Shown here one piece after another: positions 57,732-64,000 of a DNA stretch of 64,000 nucleotides. Position numbers and translations under genes: made by a program. Position 1 is the stretch's first letter, and every line of letters begins with the position of its first letter. Source of the stretch: an uncultured Candidatus Saccharibacteria bacterium. GTDB taxonomy: Bacteria > Patescibacteriota > Minisyncoccia > Minisyncoccales > UBA5738. The stretch spans positions 16,682-80,681 of the forward strand of contig CAYYEP010000003.1 in the NCBI GenBank assembly GCA_964470995.1. Direction: 5' to 3'. Below the pieces are notes generated by a model. It worked only from the letters and a program-made list of their open reading frames with translations, did not search any database and was not told the DNA's origin.

Positions 57732-58718
57732 ATGATAAACGTTAATTATCAGGAAATTGTCCAGGAGCTCTTAACCCAGCTTCCCGCCAAACAGCGCGAG
57801 GTTATCGAACGCCGTTTTGGTTTAAAAGGAGGGGAGCGCGAAACCTTGGAATCGATTGGCAAGAGCCATAGTATCTGCCGCGAGCGCGTCCGGCAAATTG
57901 AAAAGGTTAGCCTGGCTAAAATGAAGAAGAAAGCTTCGGGTTACAAGGAAGCCGCCAGGTTGTTCGCCAAGTATTTGAAGAATATCGGCGGCGTACGCGA
58001 GGAAAATGCCTTTTTAGAAGAATTGGGCGGCGGCGATTACAAAGCGCATGCGTATTTCTTGCTGGCTCTTTCGGGTGATTTTGTCCGTGCCAGCGAAACT
58101 GAAGACTTCAATAGCCTTTGGGCGCTAAACAAAGAATCTCTTGAGACCGCCAAGAGCTTCATTAAAATTTGCCAGGACTTGCTCGAAGGCAAAAAGCAGC
58201 TTTTAGCGGTGCGCGAACTGGCTTTGGCTGGCGGATTAAAAAAGAACATCGCCGAATCCTACTTGGGAATTTCCCGCCGTGTGCAAAAAAACAAAGAGGG
58301 TTTATATGGATTGCGCGAATGGCCCGAAGTTAGTCCTAAGGGAATCAAGGACAAGATCTATTTATTGTTCAAAAAAAACCGCAAGCCACTTCATTTTACG
58401 GATGTGGCGGGTAAGATTGAGGGAAGCCTGGTGCAAACCGTGCACAACGAACTTATTCGCGATAAGCGTTTTGTATTGATCGGTCGCGGCATTTATGCTT
58501 TGCGCGAGTGGGGATATGTTGAAGGCGACGTTAAGGATGTGATTCTCAATATTTTCGCGACCGAAAACAAGCCCTTGACCAAAGATGAGATTCTTAGCCG
58601 CGTAATGAAGCAGCGCCTGATCAAGGAAAACACCGTGCTCATGAATTTGAGCAACAAAAAATATTTCACGCGCGACAATGAAGGCAAATATTGGCGCGGG
58701 AACGTGCAGGAAGCATAA
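57732..58718 (+). CDS. DNA-binding protein with N-terminal sigma-70 region-4-type HTH
   Basis: LPAKQREVIERRFGLKGGERETLESIGKSHSICRERVRQIEKVSLAKMKK matches sigma region 4. Remainder uncharacterised. Confidence 0.45.
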   Translation: MINVNYQEIVQELLTQLPAKQREVIERRFGLKGGERETLESIGKSHSICRERVRQIEKVSLAKMKKKASGYKEAARLFAKYLKNIGGVREENAFLEELGGGDYKAHAYFLLALSGDFVRASETEDFNSLWALNKESLETAKSFIKICQDLLEGKKQLLAVRELALAGGLKKNIAESYLGISRRVQKNKEGLYGLREWPEVSPKGIKDKIYLLFKKNRKPLHFTDVAGKIEGSLVQTVHNELIRDKRFVLIGRGIYALREWGYVEGDVKDVILNIFATENKPLTKDEILSRVMKQRLIKENTVLMNLSNKKYFTRDNEGKYWRGNVQEA

Positions 58719-58794
58719 TCTTTTAATTCTGGGTGGCTCAAGCTATAATCAAAGCGTATCTGCGACGCTTATTTTGCGTTTATATTAATCAATC

Positions 58795-60111
58795 GTGTTT
58801 CAAGAAATAGGAGAGGGTATCGCATTTTTATGGAAGCTTTTCTGTTACTGGTGGTGGATACCGGGGTTTTTCTATTTTCAAAAAAAATTTGAACATTATT
58901 GGACTTGGTGGCGCCGGGAAATGTGGTATGGCACGCTTTATAAACCTACTTTGCTTGAAATTCGCATACCCAAGGAAATTTTTAAACCGATCCGTGCCAT
59001 GGAAATGGTTTTTACGGCTTTGCACGGCGCAATCTATAACGATCCCGATTGGTGGGAAAAATACATTACCGGCGAGCCGCAAACAAGCTATTCGTTCGAA
59101 ATGGCGTCTATCGACGGCCAGATCCATTTTTATATCCGTGTTCATGGCGATTACCGCGATCAAGTGGAGGCGGCGATCTATTCGCAATTTCCCGGCGCCG
59201 AAATCGAAGCGGTACCCGATTATACCAAGCAAATTCCAATGGATATCCCAAATCAAGGATGGGATCTTCATGGCTGGGACTGGAAGATGGTAAGGCCGGC
59301 GAATTATCCAATCCCGACCTACAAATCGTTTGAGGAAGAAAACAAGAATGCCGAAGAAGAAGAAAAAATCGATTTTATGACGTCCCTGATGGAGGGTATG
59401 GCGAAATTGAAACCCGGCGAACAAATGTGGATCCAAATTCGCGCCAAACCGATTTATTATGCCTTGCCTAACGGCGAAAAATTTGTTAAAGACGGCGAGC
59501 ACTTGCGCGACGTGCTGGCCAAGCGCATTGACGAAAAGGAAATTAAACTGCCGCCGCTCTGGAAAGAGTTGCTTGACTTTGTCGTGCACGGCGCAACCGC
59601 TCCGGAAGAAAAACCCCAGGAACTTTTCCCGGCTGAAATGCGCCTGACCACCGGCGAAAGAAAAGCCATTGACGAAGTGGAGCGAAAATCCTCCAAGCCG
59701 ATTTTTTCCTGCACGATTCGCAATATCTATTTAGGCAAACGGGATGTTTGGTTCAAGCCCAACCACCGCCTTTTTTATAATTATTTCAACCATTTTACTG
59801 ATCCCGATATCAATTCGCTTTGGATTTGGACTAAAACCTTGACGCGCGTTAAAAAATCCCCGTTCTGGTTTATAAACTACATCGCGCCGCGCCGCGCCTA
59901 TGTAAAGTGCCGCCATCTTTTGCGCAGTTACCGGGACCGGGTAGAGTATTACAGCCCATGGGAAAAAGGAGATGAAGGCGCCAAGATCAGGCTTAACGTT
60001 GAGGAGATGGCCACGCTTTATCACTTCCCGTCGTACGGCGTTTCTCCCACGCCCGGTATCCATCGTACCGAAGCCCGGGAAACCGCCGCGCCTCATAATC
60101 TGCCAATCTAA
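58795..60111 (+). CDS. hypothetical protein (Trp/Tyr-rich N-terminal membrane segment)
   Basis: No recognisable motif. Immediately upstream of the VirD4/TraG-like ATPase. Confidence 0.4.
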   Translation: MFQEIGEGIAFLWKLFCYWWWIPGFFYFQKKFEHYWTWWRREMWYGTLYKPTLLEIRIPKEIFKPIRAMEMVFTALHGAIYNDPDWWEKYITGEPQTSYSFEMASIDGQIHFYIRVHGDYRDQVEAAIYSQFPGAEIEAVPDYTKQIPMDIPNQGWDLHGWDWKMVRPANYPIPTYKSFEEENKNAEEEEKIDFMTSLMEGMAKLKPGEQMWIQIRAKPIYYALPNGEKFVKDGEHLRDVLAKRIDEKEIKLPPLWKELLDFVVHGATAPEEKPQELFPAEMRLTTGERKAIDEVERKSSKPIFSCTIRNIYLGKRDVWFKPNHRLFYNYFNHFTDPDINSLWIWTKTLTRVKKSPFWFINYIAPRRAYVKCRHLLRSYRDRVEYYSPWEKGDEGAKIRLNVEEMATLYHFPSYGVSPTPGIHRTEARETAAPHNLPI

Positions 60112-60141
60112 AAACGGCCTTCCGAAAGGGCCGTTTTTTTG
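60112..60141 (+). terminator. intrinsic terminator
   Basis: aaacggcc-ttccgaaag-ggccgttt followed by TTTTT. Confidence 0.55.
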
Positions 60142-60323
60142 GTTACGAGAAATTTCAGATTCCAAACAAATTCCAATGATCAAAATCGTAATGGCCAAAA
60201 GAATTGTTTTAAATGCCGGGATTTTGATATGGTTTGTGATTTGGCGCTGGTAATTGGGAATTCAAACCGGTTGGTCAAAGCCTTCGAAAAAGGGTAAAAT
60301 GAAAAAATACGAAAAAAAATCCA

Positions 60324-62204
60324 ATGGAAAGGGAAAAAAACAATCTGATTTATATTGGCGAAGTAACCTGGCGCGGCAAGAATACCAAATTCGGCATCAA
60401 GCCTGATGACCGCCGCCGCCACATGTATCTGGTTGGGAAGACCGGGATGGGCAAATCAAATCTGCTGGAAAATATGGCTATCCAGGACATTCAGGCTGGC
60501 CGGGGAGTGGCCTTTATCGATCCGCACGGCGAAGCTGCGGAAAAGATTTTGGATTACGTTCCTTCTTGGCGCGTCAACGACGTTATCTACTTTAATCCGG
60601 GTGACGTAGGCTATCCCACAGCTTTTAATGTAATGGAGATCTCCAATCCTGAACAGCGCAACCTGATTACCGCGGGCTTGATGGCGGTTTTTAAAAAGAT
60701 ATGGCCCGACGTGTGGTCGGCCCGCATGGAATACATTTTAAATAACACCATTTTAGCACTCCTGGAATATCCCAACGCCACGCTTTTGGCGATCAATCGC
60801 ATGTTCTCCGACCCGGGTTTCCGCGCCAAGGTGGTGGAAAGGGTAACCGATCCTATCATTAAGTCTTTCTGGCTGACCGAGTACGCCAACTATGATCCCA
60901 AATACGAGCGCGAATCCACTGCCGCTATCCAGAACAAGATCGGCCAGTTTATCGCCAATCCTCTGATGCGCAATATCCTGGGCCAGGTAAAATCCAGCGT
61001 CGATATGCGCAAGATTATGGACGAAAAAAAGATATTGATCGTCAATATTTCCAAAGGTATGGTGGGCGAGGACAGTTCCCGGCTTTTTGGCGCGATGCTG
61101 ATTACCAAACTGCAGCTTGCCGCTATGTCGCGCCAGGATATATCCGAACAGGAGCGCGAAGATTTCTACCTTTATGTTGATGAGTTTCAAAATTTTGCTA
61201 CCGAGTCTTTTGCCAACATTTTGTCCGAGGCGCGCAAATACCGCTTAAACCTCGTATTGGCCAACCAGTACCTGGGACAACTTGAGGAGATGGGTGCCGC
61301 CGGTAAAAGCACCAAAGTCAAAGATGCGGTTTTCGGCAATGTGGGCACTATGATCGTTTTTCGCGTCGGCGCTGAAGATGCAGAGTTCTTGGAACCGGAA
61401 TTCGCTCCCGATATTTTAATCGAAGACTTTGTGAATCTGGGTAAATACCACGTTTATTTGAAGCTGATGATTGATGGCATCACCAGCGCGCCTTTTTCGG
61501 CAAAGACGCTGCCGCCCATTGAAAAACTGGCGGTTTCTGAACGGGAAAAAATCATCAATGTTTCCCGCGAGCGTTACAGCGTGCCGCGCGCGATAATTGA
61601 AGAAAAGATCGCCAAATGGACCGGCGAAATGAGCGAATCGACCGCTAAGAACCCGCCCGCCAATAACGGACAGAACGCATCCAAAATGCACGAGATAACC
61701 TGCTCGATGTGCGGCAAAAAGACCAAAGTGATCTTCGAACCCGAACCGGGCCGCAAGGTTTATTGCAAGCCGTGCTTAAAGAAGCTTCAGGAAGCCAATA
61801 GTTCGCGCTCGGAAAACAGAGCGCCGGATAGCGGCGCGGCTTCCGGCGTTTCGGGGCCGGCGACATCCGGCTTACCGGCAAGCAACGGCGCGGGGAATAA
61901 CTCATCCACCCGTCCGCCCGCGGCTTCCCGCTACAATTTACGGCCGGAATCAGCGGCGCCGTCGGCGGTAAATCCGATGCCGCGACCTTCGGTGCCGTCC
62001 GTCAAGACTCCTTCTGCAGCACCTTCGCGGCCGCAATTTTCTCTCAATGACTTGGCGCGCGCCCAGCCGCAAAAATTTGACGTGCCGCGGCGGTCCGAAC
62101 CTCTTCGGGCCAAAAAGGAAGTCCATATGGATGAGCTTAAAAAAGCGTTGAGCGACGCCCTGGGGATCTCCGGACAAGCCGGCGGCAAAAAAAACGACAA
62201 ATAA
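60324..62204 (+). CDS. VirD4/TraG/TraD-like (type IV coupling protein family) P-loop ATPase with C-terminal zinc ribbon and low-complexity tail
   Basis: Walker A (LVGKTGMGKSNLLENM). Walker B region (FYLYVDEFQNF) followed by RKYRLNLVLANQYLGQL, typical of TrwB/TraD-type ATPases. CSMCGKK...CKPC zinc ribbon. Pro/Ser/Ala-rich tail. Confidence 0.5.
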   Translation: MEREKNNLIYIGEVTWRGKNTKFGIKPDDRRRHMYLVGKTGMGKSNLLENMAIQDIQAGRGVAFIDPHGEAAEKILDYVPSWRVNDVIYFNPGDVGYPTAFNVMEISNPEQRNLITAGLMAVFKKIWPDVWSARMEYILNNTILALLEYPNATLLAINRMFSDPGFRAKVVERVTDPIIKSFWLTEYANYDPKYERESTAAIQNKIGQFIANPLMRNILGQVKSSVDMRKIMDEKKILIVNISKGMVGEDSSRLFGAMLITKLQLAAMSRQDISEQEREDFYLYVDEFQNFATESFANILSEARKYRLNLVLANQYLGQLEEMGAAGKSTKVKDAVFGNVGTMIVFRVGAEDAEFLEPEFAPDILIEDFVNLGKYHVYLKLMIDGITSAPFSAKTLPPIEKLAVSEREKIINVSRERYSVPRAIIEEKIAKWTGEMSESTAKNPPANNGQNASKMHEITCSMCGKKTKVIFEPEPGRKVYCKPCLKKLQEANSSRSENRAPDSGAASGVSGPATSGLPASNGAGNNSSTRPPAASRYNLRPESAAPSAVNPMPRPSVPSVKTPSAAPSRPQFSLNDLARAQPQKFDVPRRSEPLRAKKEVHMDELKKALSDALGISGQAGGKKNDK

Positions 62205-62213
62205 TTTCTTCAT

Positions 62214-63440
62214 ATGAAACTTCTAAAAGACGGTATTTTTACCAATAAACGGGTGTTGGTGCGCTGCGATTTCAATGTGGCGATCGACGATAACGGCAAG
62301 ATTGTCGATGACTTCCGCATTATCAAAGCCTTGCCCACGATCAAGTACCTGATTAAAAGCGGGGCGATTGTCGTTTTGATAAGCCACCTGGAGAAGAAAG
62401 GTAAAATTTTAAGCCTCGAAGAGGTTGCTTACCACCTGGGAAGACTATTGTCGGAAAACATTACTTTTTTGGATGACTGTGTTGGCGATCACGTCAAGGA
62501 TACCATTCGCAAAGGAAAGCCCGGCGATATTTTTTTACTTGAGAATTTGCGCTTCCATAAAGAAGAGAAAATGAATGAGGATGATTTTGCGCAAAAGCTC
62601 GCTAAACTTGGGGATTTTTACGTTAACGAAGCGTTTTCGTGCTCGCACCGGGCGCATGCCTCAATCGCCTCGCTTCCCAAATATCTGCCGTCCTATGCCG
62701 GCCTTCTGCTCGAAGAAGAGACGGCCAATCTTAGCCGTATAATCAAGAATCCGGCTCATCCATTCGTGGTAATTATTGGCGGCTCGAAAGTGGAAACGAA
62801 AAGCAAGATGATAGTTAATATTTCCAAGATCGCCGACCACGTCCTCATTGGTTCAAAGATTGGTGAAGATATTTTGATACAAAAACAGCAGTTAATGGGC
62901 CGCCGGGAAGTTAAGCGCGACCCGGCCGTTGACGCGATCGATCTGACCAGTCCCCGGATTCATATGCCTATTGATGGCGTTCTGGCCCTGCGCGACCTTT
63001 CCGAAGGCTATTCGCGCCGCGCCGCAATCGGCAAGATGCGCGGCGAAGAGGATATCTATGATATCGGGCCGGAAACCGTTAAATTCTTTGCCGACATTAT
63101 CAAGGATGCCCGAACGATTTTTTTCAACGGTCCGGTCGGATTATTCGAGCGGCAGGAATTTTCTATCGGCACCAAATCCTTGCTGGAAGCGATCTCGCGC
63201 GCCCATAACGCTTACCGCGTTGCAGGCGGCGGGGAAACTATTGAGGCCATTCACAAGTTTAGTGCCGAAAAGATATTTAATTTCATTTCCACCGGCGGCG
63301 GAGCGATGCTGGATTATCTTTCGGGCAACGTTTTGCCCGGTATTTCCGCTTTGGAGCGCAGCGTTCGCGCCGCCGCTCCGGTTAAGGCGGCCGCCGTGCC
63401 TTCCCCGATTCCATTGCCGGATCATAATCTTAAAAAATGA
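62214..63440 (+). CDS. pgk: phosphoglycerate kinase
   Basis: VRCDFNVAIDDNGKIVDDFRIIKALPTIKYLIKSGAIVVLISHL N-terminal signature. C-terminal nucleotide-binding domain. Confidence 0.85.
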   Translation: MKLLKDGIFTNKRVLVRCDFNVAIDDNGKIVDDFRIIKALPTIKYLIKSGAIVVLISHLEKKGKILSLEEVAYHLGRLLSENITFLDDCVGDHVKDTIRKGKPGDIFLLENLRFHKEEKMNEDDFAQKLAKLGDFYVNEAFSCSHRAHASIASLPKYLPSYAGLLLEEETANLSRIIKNPAHPFVVIIGGSKVETKSKMIVNISKIADHVLIGSKIGEDILIQKQQLMGRREVKRDPAVDAIDLTSPRIHMPIDGVLALRDLSEGYSRRAAIGKMRGEEDIYDIGPETVKFFADIIKDARTIFFNGPVGLFERQEFSIGTKSLLEAISRAHNAYRVAGGGETIEAIHKFSAEKIFNFISTGGGAMLDYLSGNVLPGISALERSVRAAAPVKAAAVPSPIPLPDHNLKK

Positions 63441-63494
63441 AACGCTTCCAATAGCTTAAAATTAGTTCGGGTGAATAACCTCATCTACCAAGAA

Positions 63495-64000
63495 AAATGA
63501 CCGAAGGAAAAATAAAAAACATGGATGTAGTGGCGGAGCGCGTCCGCCGGGCGGTTAAAAATGGAGAAAAGATTATTATCTACGGCGACTCTGATCTTGA
63601 CGGCGTGTCGGCTTCAATTATGGCCGGTGAAATCGTCAAAAATCTGGGCGGACGCGTCGAGGTTTATTACTTTCCGAACCGCGAAACGGAAGGTTACGGC
63701 ATCAACCGGATTGCGTTAGGAAGACTAAAAATCCACGCTCCGGCGCTTTTGATTGCCGTTGATCTTGGCATCGGCAATTTCAGCGAGGTCAAGCTGGCTC
63801 GCGAGCTTGGTTTTTCCACGGTTATTATCGATCACCACGAAATATTGGACGGCGTACCCGAAGCCGATATTATCGTTGACCCAAAACAGCCTGGCGATAA
63901 TTATCCTTTCAAATTATTTTGCGCCGCCGGTTTGGTTTTTAAACTGGCCGAAGAAGTGTTTGGAAATGATTTTCATGGCAGTCTCCGCCAAAGTTTCGCG
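63495..64000 (+). CDS. recJ: single-stranded-DNA-specific exonuclease RecJ-like (DHH family), 5' partial (runs off window end)
   Basis: DHH motifs (IIIYGDSDLDGVSAS, VIIDHHE). The ORF continues to the window edge. Confidence 0.6.

Noticed and set aside
1-64000. tRNA, rRNA and CRISPR arrays
   Set aside because: No cloverleaf-compatible GTTCGAATC-type T-arm contexts were seen. No rRNA signature blocks. No regularly spaced direct-repeat/spacer array; the repeats present are palindromic REP-type, not CRISPR.

Overview
The window is a 64 kb stretch in which every credible gene lies on the + strand; all long minus-strand ORFs run antisense to better + strand genes. No tRNA, rRNA or CRISPR array was recognised by eye.

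The gene content looks like a small-genome, cell-wall-focused bacterium, possibly CPR/Patescibacteria-like (a ComEC that ends after the competence domain with no room for a C-terminal beta-lactamase domain, a lamin-tail-domain protein, a protein that has little more than sigma-70 region 4, a VirD4/TraG-like ATPase, and large secreted proteins with Thr-rich linkers). I cannot confirm the organism.

Gene order:
- anaerobic ribonucleotide reductase nrdD, separated from its activase nrdG by two tandem paralogous class-II nucleotidyltransferase-like genes
- ComEC-like channel, a GT28-like glycosyltransferase, a membrane protein, a GH5-like hydrolase, HtrA protease and ClpB
- a trypsin-fold protein lacking the catalytic His, a lamin-tail-domain protein, an HTH protein, and an ECF sigma factor followed by a putative anti-sigma
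- a secreted acidic protein with a PG_binding_1-like peptidoglycan-binding domain
- a REP-associated tyrosine transposase (RAYT) flanked by its palindromic repeats
- secreted proteins, including a 1029-aa SGNH/GDSL protein and a HEXXH protein with the same peptidoglycan-binding domain
- an ~18 kb translationally coupled surface-polysaccharide locus: epimerase, RmlD-RmlC fusion, flippase, HAD-nucleotidyltransferase fusion, nucleotidyltransferase-kinase fusion, three glycosyltransferases, a Wzy-like polymerase, an MBOAT plus AlgX/J-like pair, a priming sugar transferase, a Wzz-like protein, and an O-antigen-ligase-like/TPR protein
- MurB, an AT-rich island with two tiny Lys-rich ORFs, HPF, SecA, a NUDIX hydrolase, a short PPase-like protein, SecD and SecF
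- a sigma-70 region 4 protein, a hypothetical, a VirD4/TraG-like ATPase, Pgk, and the 5' part of RecJ

The most distinctive sequence-level signal is a family of REP-like palindromes. Long palindromic doublets built on GCAAGGTCGCACCTTGC flank the RAYT gene, sit in-frame inside it, and occur once inside the polysaccharide operon. At least 10 shorter hairpins of the form gtatttt-AAGGTCG-[variable stem-loop]-GGTGCGACCTYGG-caaaYtYgtatttt are scattered in 3' intergenic regions. Together these look like a REPIN/RAYT system.

Other things worth a second look:
- the two NTase-like paralogs carry CCA-enzyme motif-B-like DLTINE and C-terminal Cys-rich zinc-ribbon tails
- a consensus TTGACA-17-TATAAT promoter precedes a GC-rich, three-hairpin structured region
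- a possible structured RNA sits upstream of the peptidoglycan-binding protein gene
- a triple AAGTATATACTT palindrome array lies next to two tiny lysine-rich ORFs upstream of HPF
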